A DNA stretch of 37,896 nucleotides from Anaerolineales bacterium (GTDB lineage: Bacteria; Chloroflexota; Anaerolineae; Anaerolineales; UBA6668): the NCBI GenBank assembly GCA_020630225.1, contig JAHDBS010000005.1, positions 1-37,896 of the forward strand, written 5' to 3'. The notes below the pieces were generated by a model. It worked only from the letters and a program-made list of their open reading frames with translations. It searched no databases and had not been told where the DNA came from. Of this stretch, positions 1 through 8,448 are shown piece after piece (position 1 is the first letter of the stretch; every line of letters begins with the position of its first letter). Position numbers and translations under genes: made by a program.

Positions 1-30
1 TATAACTAGCGTCTAATGTGTAACTAGATA

Positions 31-60
31 AAAAAAGACCAGCGAAAAGCTGGTCTTTTT
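31..60 (-). terminator. Rho-independent, potentially bidirectional terminator hairpin downstream of the cytochrome c peroxidase gene
   Basis: AAAAAAGACCAGC-GAAAA-GCTGGTCTTTTT. The 8-bp stem is 36-43/49-56, flanked by an A-run and a T-run, so a U-tract follows the stem on either strand. It lies about 30 nt beyond the stop of the minus-strand CDS 89..1447. Confidence 0.75.
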
Positions 61-88
61 GTTTAACTGCTTACTATGTACTTGCGGC

Positions 89-1447
89 CTAATCAAATGG
101 CAAACCGCTTGGGACACTGTCAGGAATAAGATAGGTCAAATCTTCTGCTGTTGGTGATGTGAGTGCTTGCAAAAATGCGACTAATGCGTCGATGTCTGCA
201 TCGCTTAGCGCAATGGGTTGTCGAATTTCAGGTGCTAGGACTGCTATTTCTGGCCAAGCTTGGTCTGTAGAGACATCAGCAAATACAGTGTAGAACTCGG
301 CTGGTAATTCAGACAGATCATATGCAGCCAGCCCAGCTTCTGCATCTAGGTGATGCCGGATAACTGTTTCTAGATCGTTATAGACCCCATTGTGCATGTA
401 GGGGGCTGTCAACGCAACGTTTCTCAGAGCCGGCGTTCGGAACATAAATTTTTCGTATCCGGCTTTAGAGATCTCGTAGCGACCATAATCAAGCGGCTCA
501 AATTCTTCAGTACGCCCTGGACCATATTGAGGAACCCCAATATTGTGATGTAATTGATCTGTTAAGAGTGTGCCACTATGGCAAGCGCTACAGTTTGCTT
601 CGCCTAGAAATAGCATTGCACCTGCTTTCTGCTGCTCTGTTAGCGCGTTGGTGTCACCAGCCACATAACGATCCCAAGGACTGTCTACAAATGTAAATGA
701 CTCTAGCTCGAATGCAGCAATCGCCTCAGCTGCGTGGGCAAATCCAAGGTCTTCTTGGGCAACATTAGGATATGCCGCTGCAAATAAGTCTTGATAAGCC
801 GGGATGACTAAGAGGCGCTCCATCAACATTTCCCAAGTGTTGGTGACAATGTCTTCCTCCAGCAACGCTAGATCGTTAGCATCTCCGTAAAAATCAACAT
901 CCCCTTCAGTGCCACGCATTTCGACCTCAGATGTCACTGGGAACATGGCTTGAACAGCAAAAATAGTGTCTAGCTGTTCCGGAAGTTGGCTGCCAGCGGG
1001 TGAAATAATAACCCCGTTGTCTGCCCGGTGAATGCGACTATCCCAAAACGCAGAAGTCCAGAGAGTGGAATTTCTGTTGAAAATGTCTGGGGCGTTGCGG
1101 GGGGCAAATTCTCGTGATTCACCAATTTGACGGGCTGGACCGACTCCATGGCCACCGACACCAATTGAAAGAGGAATGCCATCTGCGCTTGCAGTTGTTG
1201 GGTGATGGCATGTGGCACATGAGATGTCCATGTTGCCACTCAGAATTGGATCAAAAAAGAGCGCTTGTCCTAAGTTGACCAGTTCGTCACTTGGGTCTAG
1301 CAACAGATGGTCTTCAAACGGAGTAATGTTGTTGGCCGCAATTTGCTGGCCCAATTCACGATCAACCTGACTAGTGCCCAATGAGACATAGCCAATAATT
1401 GCAATAACTAATAATAAAAATAATGAAAGGTATTTAAATTTCGCCAT
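89..1447 (-). CDS. Di-heme cytochrome c peroxidase / MauG-family protein, exported
   Basis: 452-aa ORF with two CxxCH heme-c motifs (CATCHH and CSACHSG) at the spacing typical of bacterial CCP/MauG. It has an N-terminal hydrophobic signal/anchor (KYLSLFLLLVIAIIGYVSL). Confidence 0.85.
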   Translation of the reverse strand: MAKFKYLSLFLLLVIAIIGYVSLGTSQVDRELGQQIAANNITPFEDHLLLDPSDELVNLGQALFFDPILSGNMDISCATCHHPTTASADGIPLSIGVGGHGVGPARQIGESREFAPRNAPDIFNRNSTLWTSAFWDSRIHRADNGVIISPAGSQLPEQLDTIFAVQAMFPVTSEVEMRGTEGDVDFYGDANDLALLEEDIVTNTWEMLMERLLVIPAYQDLFAAAYPNVAQEDLGFAHAAEAIAAFELESFTFVDSPWDRYVAGDTNALTEQQKAGAMLFLGEANCSACHSGTLLTDQLHHNIGVPQYGPGRTEEFEPLDYGRYEISKAGYEKFMFRTPALRNVALTAPYMHNGVYNDLETVIRHHLDAEAGLAAYDLSELPAEFYTVFADVSTDQAWPEIAVLAPEIRQPIALSDADIDALVAFLQALTSPTAEDLTYLIPDSVPSGLPFD

Positions 1448-1564
1448 ACTTTTTTGTAATCTGGATTACATTTGTGCGAGCGAAATTATCTATGACATGC
1501 ATTGAATTCGCAATACCGTTCAAAACCTTTACAGCATATTTAGTTGTTATTGTTGTTGAATGAA

Positions 1565-2767
1565 CTAAGTCAACGCCTGATAAACCGCAGTGCGGAACTG
1601 GCTACGAATAGCGTAGGCGCTAGATGGAATGCATTGAGTCATATTGATTGCAATCAGTTCTTCTACTGGGTCAATAATGCAAATGGTTTCTGCATAACCA
1701 CCCCAGCCAAAATCACCAACAGACCCCATCTGTCCAGTACGTGTTGGGTCCATTGTTACCCCAACGCCAAGCCCAAAGCCAGCACCTTCCATAGGGTCAC
1801 TCATTTCAAATCCGATTGGAAGCAAGTCAGGTGCAATGTGGTTTTGGCACATACGCTCAACTGTTTTGCGGCCAAGAATACGTTGGCCATTCAGAACGCC
1901 TTTGTTCAACAAGCAAGATGCAAATAGAAAATAGTCATATGCTGTTGACACCATGCCTGCGCCACCGGAATGGACTGACACTGGCGGAAGATAGTTGCTG
2001 GTTGCAGGTTCGTCACGTAAAGACAAGGGATCATCTGGTGTGACAAGGTAAAGACTTGCGAAGCGATCAGCTTTTTCTGGTGCAATATGAAAAGCTGTGT
2101 CCATCATACCTAGTGGTTGGCAAATGTGTTGATCAATGAAGTCGGCTAGGGTTTGTCCTGATAACACCTCAACTAAACGGCCGACAACATCTGTCGCCAT
2201 GCTGTAATGCCAGCGTGTCCCCGGATGATAAAGCAATGGCAGTGCAGCAATCTTTTTAACCATTTCCTCAGTGGATTGGCACGTTGTTCGATCAAACAGC
2301 TTTGCCTCATCGTACATCGCGTCTACTGGATGTGGGTTAGGCTCTCCAAAGCTTCCGTAGGACAATCCCGCAGTATGTGTCAGCAGCTGTTGAATGGTAA
2401 TTGGTGAGTCTGGAGCTTCGAGCTCTCCACCTGCGTAGACCATTACATCTTTGAATTCTGGCAAGTAAGCATAAACCGGATCGTAGAGGTCGAATAACGC
2501 TTTTTCCCAAAGCATGAGGAGTGCCACAGATGCAATTGGCTTGGTCATTGAGTAGATGCGGACAATTGTGTCTGCTTCATATGGCAATTGCTGTTCACGG
2601 CTGCGGTAGCCACAGCTGTCCAAATGCACAATTTTGCCTTGTCGAGCGACCAGACTCACGAAACCAGGAAGCTTATTCTCAGCGACATAACGCCGATTGA
2701 TTTCCCCGATTCGGTTTAGTCTGGTTGCATCCATATTGGCGATGGCAGGGTTGTGCACGTTGATCAT
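1565..2767 (-). CDS. Serine hydrolase, beta-lactamase class C / esterase (EstB-like) family
   Basis: 400-aa ORF with an S-x-x-K nucleophile motif (YSMTKPIASVALL) near the N-terminus. Length and layout are typical of the PBP/beta-lactamase-fold serine hydrolases. Confidence 0.85.
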   Translation of the reverse strand: MINVHNPAIANMDATRLNRIGEINRRYVAENKLPGFVSLVARQGKIVHLDSCGYRSREQQLPYEADTIVRIYSMTKPIASVALLMLWEKALFDLYDPVYAYLPEFKDVMVYAGGELEAPDSPITIQQLLTHTAGLSYGSFGEPNPHPVDAMYDEAKLFDRTTCQSTEEMVKKIAALPLLYHPGTRWHYSMATDVVGRLVEVLSGQTLADFIDQHICQPLGMMDTAFHIAPEKADRFASLYLVTPDDPLSLRDEPATSNYLPPVSVHSGGAGMVSTAYDYFLFASCLLNKGVLNGQRILGRKTVERMCQNHIAPDLLPIGFEMSDPMEGAGFGLGVGVTMDPTRTGQMGSVGDFGWGGYAETICIIDPVEELIAINMTQCIPSSAYAIRSQFRTAVYQALT

Positions 2768-2986
2768 GTGATAAATCCTTACTACAAAAGGGGCGTAAGC
2801 GCAGTTTATTGGAAACCTTGCTGGTAGTGCTTGCTTATAGGATAAGTATAAATCCTTGGTCTATATCCGTCATTACACTGTGCAGGTGATTATGGTGACA
2901 GGCTAGTGAATAAAAATTACTACGCAGGAAAGCACAGATTTAATTCGACAAAGGCGTGGACTTCGCATCTCCTGTTTCAACATTGG

Positions 2987-4123
2987 TTATGTGCTGATTG
3001 CGGTTTCTGGGAATGGCAGTGCGACGACTTTGCCAGCATAGCGTTGGCCGTTTTCATCGGTGATGACAATGGGGTGGTTCGGTGTCCAATACCCGCGATC
3101 CAACATGCCTAAGGCAACGTTTTGTTTGAACCGTGGTGACCAGATGGCCGTTGTCACTATCCCTACCTGCATTTCTTCAACCGATATACGCCAAGGTTGG
3201 CGACAAGGAGGACACTTCTGCGTTCCAAATAGAACTCCGCGGATTTGTTGGGTTATTCCAGCTGCCCTGATGCGCTCTAAAGCAGTTTTGCCAATGTAAT
3301 GCAGGTCAGGATCAAATGAGCAGTATTGTTCGAGGCCACATTCCAGTGGATTATTGGCATTGGTCATTTCATTACCTAGTGACAGTAACCCGCCTTCAAC
3401 ACGCTCAATGAGATTAGGACTGCCAGGAGAAATATTGAAAGATTGTCCGGCATTCCAAATGGCATCCCATAGTGCTAGGCCTAAGCTGGGCTTGTCAAGA
3501 TACAACTCAAATCCGCCTTGTTTACTATATCCAGAGCGTGCAATTAGCAATGGGTGGCCTTGAAATTCAAGCCACTTGAAACGGAAGAAACGGATTTCAC
3601 GGACATCAGAGCCAAAGATTGTCTCTAAGACATCGTCAGATTTTGGCCCTTGAACGGCTAATGGCCAAACGTCAGCTTCTTGAACTGCAACATCTAATCC
3701 ATATCCCTGTGCTAAGCCTTTTGCCCAAAGTGCTACATCAGAGTCGGCAATTGAAAGCCAAAACCGATTTTCTGATAACTTGAGAATAATCGGATCGTTG
3801 ATCATGCCAGCGTTTGCGTCAATGAGCGGGGCATAGAAACATTGACCGACTTTCGCTTTTCGCAGGTCACGCGGTGTCATGAGCTGTGTTAGCTTGGCTG
3901 CATCTGGCCCACACACCTCGATTTGGCGCTGACAGCCAACGTCCCAGAGCTGTACATGCTCACGTAAATGCCAATAGTCTTCTTCTACCGTTTTACGAAA
4001 GCCTTTAGGCAAAATTGTACGATTGACAATGGAATAGGCAGATACACCAAGTGCTTCAACGCGGGCTGTATAAGGTGTGCCGCGTTGGCGACGTGAAACT
4101 GTTAGCTTGACTGGAGTTGTCAT
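2987..4123 (-). CDS. GcvT-fold aminomethyltransferase, DmdA-like (THF-dependent demethylase family)
   Basis: Blocks WDV..QRQIEV.GPDA, IRFFRFKWLEFQG, ARSGYSKQGGFELY and PNLIERVEGGLLSLGNEM match, from my memory, the DMSP-demethylase-like clade of the glycine-cleavage T family. Start chosen at ATG 4123, which overlaps the upstream TGA (ATGA, 4120-4123). The track start at 4135 is a TTG. Confidence 0.8.
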   Translation of the reverse strand: MTTPVKLTVSRRQRGTPYTARVEALGVSAYSIVNRTILPKGFRKTVEEDYWHLREHVQLWDVGCQRQIEVCGPDAAKLTQLMTPRDLRKAKVGQCFYAPLIDANAGMINDPIILKLSENRFWLSIADSDVALWAKGLAQGYGLDVAVQEADVWPLAVQGPKSDDVLETIFGSDVREIRFFRFKWLEFQGHPLLIARSGYSKQGGFELYLDKPSLGLALWDAIWNAGQSFNISPGSPNLIERVEGGLLSLGNEMTNANNPLECGLEQYCSFDPDLHYIGKTALERIRAAGITQQIRGVLFGTQKCPPCRQPWRISVEEMQVGIVTTAIWSPRFKQNVALGMLDRGYWTPNHPIVITDENGQRYAGKVVALPFPETAIST

Positions 4124-4467
4124 GCGGACCACCAAATAGAGTAAGAGTGGGGTGCTAACATCATTGGAATGTGGATGCGTTCGTTTGGCGCTTTGATACG
4201 AACCTGAACAGTTACGGCATCAACAATTTGGGAGATATTGGGAATATTTGGCTGTGCTGTGAAATAGTCCGCAGTGTGAAAGACTAATTCACAGCGTGTG
4301 TCAACGGGCACGTTGATTTCCTCTGCAATGCGCCCTTGCTCATCTGAAATGACATTAAACAATTCCACGTCAGCTTGCCCATCTGTTCTTAGATTGCAGG
4401 AAATGCGAATATGCTTGGCATGATCTCCTAAAACCGAGTCTAAGACATGTGAAGATAGCGTTGCCAT
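4120..4467 (-). CDS. Transthyretin-like / 5-hydroxyisourate hydrolase family protein with a non-canonical C-terminus
   Basis: MATLSSHVLDSVLG... N-terminus and ...IHIPMMLAPHSYS... near the C-terminus are the two conserved His-containing blocks of the TTR/HIUase fold. Start is ATG 4467, preceded by AGAGG-N7. The C-terminal tetrapeptide is WWSA rather than the YRGS signature of HIU hydrolases. Confidence 0.75.
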   Translation of the reverse strand: MATLSSHVLDSVLGDHAKHIRISCNLRTDGQADVELFNVISDEQGRIAEEINVPVDTRCELVFHTADYFTAQPNIPNISQIVDAVTVQVRIKAPNERIHIPMMLAPHSYSIWWSA

Positions 4468-4477
4468 TTTTTTACCT

Positions 4478-6199
4478 CTATTCGATTGATGCCTTGTCAC
4501 GCTTGCTGGTCGTAGCTAACACAATGGGGCTGATATAGCCTTTTGTTTTGACATTTACGCACGCTGTTTTTCCACTTGCTATAGCGCGTTTTACTGCAGG
4601 CACTAAGTCTGCCGGGTTTTCAACCAGCTCGCCATAGCCACCTAGCCCTTCAAACATGGTATGGAAAGGAATGTCTCTAAAGTCTGTGGCAAAGTGAGTG
4701 CCGTTTTCAAATAACCGCTCTTGCTGTTGTGAAATGCAGTCTAGGCCACCGTTGTTATCAATGACAACTACAATTGGCAGCTTTTCTTGGAAAGCTGCCT
4801 CAATGCTGAGCCCACCGGACAGAAAGGCACCGTCACCGCTAATCACAACGACATTACTATCTGGATGGGTAAGTTTTGAGGCAATGCCGAAACTTACTCC
4901 AACACCTAACATGCTGAATGTCCCCGGATGCAGAATATTGCCTAGCTTTTGGCCCTGATACCCAGCAATATTGATTGCGATTTCAGACCAGAAGTGTGTG
5001 TTACCACCGTCAATCACCAGCCAGTCATCATCACCCATTGCCGACTGCACATCTAGTGCGACTTGCAACGGATGTGGCTTACCACCAGTCTCTTCTAAGC
5101 TTGGAATGTCAGCTAAGGTTTTGGCTACCCATTCTCCGCGCAGCTTACGGTTTAGCTCAAACCAACTACGGTCCAACGTCCATCGTCCCGCGTCTTCAAG
5201 TCCGCGCACTGCATCCAAAAATGCGTTGGCGTCGCTCAGTAGCTGAATGTCTGCTGCTCGATTGAGCTGTAATTCTTCATGAGAGCCGTTGACACATACG
5301 AGCTGGGTCGTTGCTGGAAAGAACGGCGGATTCCCAAAATTCATTTGATTATCCAATCGTCCGCCGATCATGATCACTAGATCTGAATTGTGTAATGCAT
5401 ATTTTGACGGCGGGTATTGATGGATATCAGCGAGGCCCATATAGGCTTCTACTTCTTCACCTAATAGCTTTTGATGATAGGGCACATTGAAGACTGGTAT
5501 GCCAAGAGCTTGCCCAACTTCTTCTAATTTACGCTCAGCATTAGCCCACCAAACACCATGCCCGCCTATCAATATTGGCCGTTGAGCAATTTCAAGTTGA
5601 TTGAGAATAATGTCTAGGTCTTCCGGACACGGCCAAGCGCGTGGCGGACGACTAGCTGTGCGCGAAAAGGGACGCTCATCGCGTCCAGCGCCGATATCGA
5701 AAGAGCTAAACATAATATCGACTGGCAAACTAAGATGGACTGGTCCAGGGTAGCCTGTTGTAGCAATTGTCCATGCACGATCTACAAACTCAGGGATACG
5801 TTCGCCATGGGTAATTTGCGCACTATACTTTGTGAGCGGTGCTGCAATGGCGACATCATCAATTTCTTTGAATCCACCACTGCCTTGACGTTTCAGCGTG
5901 CTAGATCCGGTAATGAAAATAACAGGCGAACGTTCTCCCCAAGCCTCCATCATCGCTGGAACAGCATTTGCAAATCCTTCTGGTCCCACAAGACAGACTG
6001 CTGGTTGGCGGTTAATGCGCGTGTAACCATCTGCTAAGTGTCCTGCGACCTGCTCATGTGGTGCGTTGATGACCGGTATTTCGCACTGCATGAAACCTTC
6101 TAGAGCAGGATTACAAAATCCGCCGCTCAGCGTAAAGACTTGTTTGACGCCTTTTTCTTGAAATGCACGTGCTAACAACGCGCCCCCTCGTACTTTCAT
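4478..6199 (-). CDS. Thiamine-diphosphate-dependent enzyme (acetolactate synthase / benzoylformate decarboxylase / oxalyl-CoA decarboxylase superfamily)
   Basis: 573-aa ORF. The N-terminal Pyr domain is (G)ALLARAFQEKGVKQVFTLSGG. The C-terminal ThDP-binding motif is GDGAFLSGG...VVIDNNGG. The ATG at 6199 overlaps the upstream stop (ATGA). Confidence 0.85.
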   Translation of the reverse strand: MKVRGGALLARAFQEKGVKQVFTLSGGFCNPALEGFMQCEIPVINAPHEQVAGHLADGYTRINRQPAVCLVGPEGFANAVPAMMEAWGERSPVIFITGSSTLKRQGSGGFKEIDDVAIAAPLTKYSAQITHGERIPEFVDRAWTIATTGYPGPVHLSLPVDIMFSSFDIGAGRDERPFSRTASRPPRAWPCPEDLDIILNQLEIAQRPILIGGHGVWWANAERKLEEVGQALGIPVFNVPYHQKLLGEEVEAYMGLADIHQYPPSKYALHNSDLVIMIGGRLDNQMNFGNPPFFPATTQLVCVNGSHEELQLNRAADIQLLSDANAFLDAVRGLEDAGRWTLDRSWFELNRKLRGEWVAKTLADIPSLEETGGKPHPLQVALDVQSAMGDDDWLVIDGGNTHFWSEIAINIAGYQGQKLGNILHPGTFSMLGVGVSFGIASKLTHPDSNVVVISGDGAFLSGGLSIEAAFQEKLPIVVVIDNNGGLDCISQQQERLFENGTHFATDFRDIPFHTMFEGLGGYGELVENPADLVPAVKRAIASGKTACVNVKTKGYISPIVLATTSKRDKASIE

Positions 6200-7341
6200 A
6201 GTTCTAAATCCTTTGCAAAATAGTGCTGATCACAAAGCACTGTTTGGTCAAGCTGTTCGATAGTCGTAACGCCTAATTGCGCCATCGCGATGCTAAGTTC
6301 AGTTTTGAGTAAATTGATGATGTCTGCTAAACCTGCAGCTTGGTTAGCGCCTACACCATATAAAAACGGCCGTCCAAGCATGACAAAATCTGCGCCAAGC
6401 GCAATCGCCTTGATGATGTCTTCGCCCCCACGAATACCACTGTCAAAAAGCAATGGATAGTCTTTGCCAACAGATTTGCGAATTTTTGGGAGCTGCCAAA
6501 TCGCGGGTGGGGCGCTATTGAGTTGACGTCCACCATGGTTAGAAACATAAATGGCATCGACGCCTATAGTCTGTATTCTGTGGGCGTCTTCGGGATGCAA
6601 TACCCCCTTTACAATGAGGTGATGTGGCCATTGTGCGCGAAGTTTTTCTAGAAATTTCCAATCGATGAAGCCGCGGCTGGCATTGCGATTTACAGGCTTG
6701 CCGTCTTTACCAATTTTCAGATTTGCTAACGAGGGCCGCCCAGCAAGCAGGCTGCGAATAGACCAATTGGGGTGAGAGGCAAAGTCAATAAATTGACGGA
6801 GGCCGATTTTAAACGGCACCTGAAATCCGTTTCGTAAATCTCGCACACGCGGCGCAACTTGAGGAACATCCACTGTAAAAACGAGGGTCTTGTAGCCAGC
6901 ACTTAAGCAGCGATCAACAAGTGCAAAAGCTTGCGTTTCAGACTGACTGACATATAACTGAAACCACGCTTTTTGCTTGGTAAGTGCTGCTATATCCTCA
7001 ATGCTGGTTGAAGACATTGTTGAAAGAACAAGCGGAATATTGTGCTGCTCCGCAGCTTGAGCTAAGAGATGGTCAGCATGTGGCCAAGCGAGGTTGCACA
7101 TTCCCATTGGCGCAATGCCAAAAGGGACATTCCATGTTTGTCCCAAGAATGTTGTTGACACATCCCGCTGATCGCTTTTGACCAGCACGCGGGGTTGTAA
7201 TAGCACAGCGTCCAGCGCTTCCTTATTTCGGGCCTTGGCTTGCTCGCCGCCAGCTGCGCCATCAATAAAATCGAAGATCAATTGTGGCAGTCGGCGTTGT
7301 GCTAGGGCGCGGGCGTCAGCAATGGAGTAAAGAGTGGGCAT
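6196..7341 (-). CDS. FMN-dependent alpha-hydroxy acid dehydrogenase/oxidase (LldD / mandelate dehydrogenase / glycolate oxidase family)
   Basis: The family hallmark VSNHGGRQL, GADFVMLGRPFLYG and overall length support the call. The start is ambiguous: ATG 7341 (MPTLYSIADAR..., preferred) or TTG 7356 as in the track. Confidence 0.85.
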   Translation of the reverse strand: MPTLYSIADARALAQRRLPQLIFDFIDGAAGGEQAKARNKEALDAVLLQPRVLVKSDQRDVSTTFLGQTWNVPFGIAPMGMCNLAWPHADHLLAQAAEQHNIPLVLSTMSSTSIEDIAALTKQKAWFQLYVSQSETQAFALVDRCLSAGYKTLVFTVDVPQVAPRVRDLRNGFQVPFKIGLRQFIDFASHPNWSIRSLLAGRPSLANLKIGKDGKPVNRNASRGFIDWKFLEKLRAQWPHHLIVKGVLHPEDAHRIQTIGVDAIYVSNHGGRQLNSAPPAIWQLPKIRKSVGKDYPLLFDSGIRGGEDIIKAIALGADFVMLGRPFLYGVGANQAAGLADIINLLKTELSIAMAQLGVTTIEQLDQTVLCDQHYFAKDLEL

Positions 7342-7514
7342 AGTGTGTCTTGGCAAATGTGTTCTTAGCTACGATGAATACGCAAACGTGCAACTTTTTA
7401 GAATGTAATTTCAAATTGATCGCTTTCGTTTATTGTGTTCGAGTCTGTTTTTCAATAAATTGCCTGCGGCTTAAGCCATCAATTTATGCGATTGACGTGT
7501 GTTATGCTTGCCGT

Positions 7515-8444
7515 ATGGACACCTTAAGCCACACTCCAAATGATCCTGTTGACTACATCGCAGTCACGCATGAAACTTACGATAAGCTGGGCTATGGTTC
7601 ATACCGTTGGGCAAATGAACCTGATCCTGTTGCACTGTCGCCACTACCCAAGCCGCTTGCTGACTGTAAGCTTGCGTTAATTGCCTCAGGCGGTATTTAT
7701 GCTGTCGGTCAAGTCGCGTTCAATCATAAAGATGACTTGTCATTCCGGCGCATTCCGACCACAGTTGCAACGGAAGATTTACGGACCTCCCATTTTGCTT
7801 ATGACATGACTGCAGCTCGCCAAGACCCTAATGTTGTCTTACCGCTTGCGCCTTTGCGCCAATTAGTTGCAGATGGTGAGCTTGGGTCGCTCACTGAACA
7901 TGCACTAACGTTTATGGGAGGCATCTATTCTCAGCGTAAACTGCGTGAACAGCTTATTCCTGAAATTGTTGCCAATGTGCAGGAGATGGGGGCAGACATT
8001 GCATTGCTCGTCCCAGTCTGACCAGTGTGTCATCAGTCCGTGGGGCTGATCTCCAGAGCACTTGAAAAAGTAGGGATTGCGAGTTTGTCAATGACAAGTG
8101 CGCTGTCCATTACACAATCGGCTAACCCAGCGCGGGCTGCTTTCTTAGATTTTCCACTTGGGCACACAGCTGGACGTCCTAATGAACCAACTGAACAAGT
8201 CGAGATCATGCGTCAAGCGCTAGGCCTATTTGAGAGTATTACCGAGTCAGGCACTATAGTCTCTTTGCCATTTATCTGGCCTGGCAATTGGAAACCAGAA
8301 GCGCGTTTGCCAATTGACCATCGCACGCCAAGGTATGACACGCCACAATATCAGACAGATGCGGACCGTGAACGCGCAGTTGTCGCCCATGGTGAACTGC
8401 TTGCTTGCACAGCTTGTGCGCCTCAAGATGTTCCGCGTAGCTAA
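7515..8444 (+). CDS. Glycine/sarcosine/betaine/D-proline reductase component B (GrdB/PrdB) family selenoprotein. The in-frame UGA at 8019-8021 is read as selenocysteine.
   Basis: Track ORFs 7350..8021 and 8025..8444 are in the same frame and separated only by TGA-CCA. The joined peptide ...GADIALLVPV-U-PVCHQSVGLISRALEKVGIASLSM gives the U-x-x-C...E-x-x-G-I core. The upstream block DPNVVLPLAPLRQLVADGELGSL matches the GrdB/PrdB family as I recall it. ATG 7515 (MDTLSH...) is the first plausible start. The upstream part of the track ORF overlaps the divergent promoter. Confidence 0.75.
8025..8061 (+). promoter_or_regulatory. Candidate bacterial SECIS stem-loop directing Sec insertion at UGA 8019-8021
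   Basis: Upper stem AUCAGUCC/GGGCUGAU (8032-8039/8043-8050; 8 pairs including one G-U) closes a G/U-containing apical loop (GUG, 8040-8042). Lower stem is GUGU/GCAC (8025-8028/8058-8061). The apical loop sits about 21 nt from the UGA, within the usual bacterial SECIS window. Confidence 0.45.
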
Positions 8445-8448
8445 GCCT

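Noticed and set aside
1456-1469. GTAATC-TG-GATTAC dyad just upstream of the cytochrome c peroxidase start as an operator
   Set aside because: The arms are only 6 bp, it occurs once, and there is no associated regulator or promoter elements. The evidence is not enough to call a site.
7350-7514. 55-aa N-terminal extension of the GrdB-like ORF (MANVFLATMNTQTCNFLECNF...)
   Set aside because: It begins inside or opposite the start of the divergent FMN dehydrogenase gene and runs through the AT-rich promoter region. Its Cys/Phe/Asn-rich composition is unlike the rest of the protein. ATG 7515 fits better.
8019-8024. TGA at 8019-8021 as a genuine stop, giving two separate genes (7350..8021 and 8025..8444) as in the ORF track
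   Set aside because: Both ORFs share one frame with only TGA-CCA between them. The GTG at 8025 has no SD. The junction recreates a U-x-x-C motif in the position conserved in the GrdB/PrdB family. Neither half would be a complete domain.
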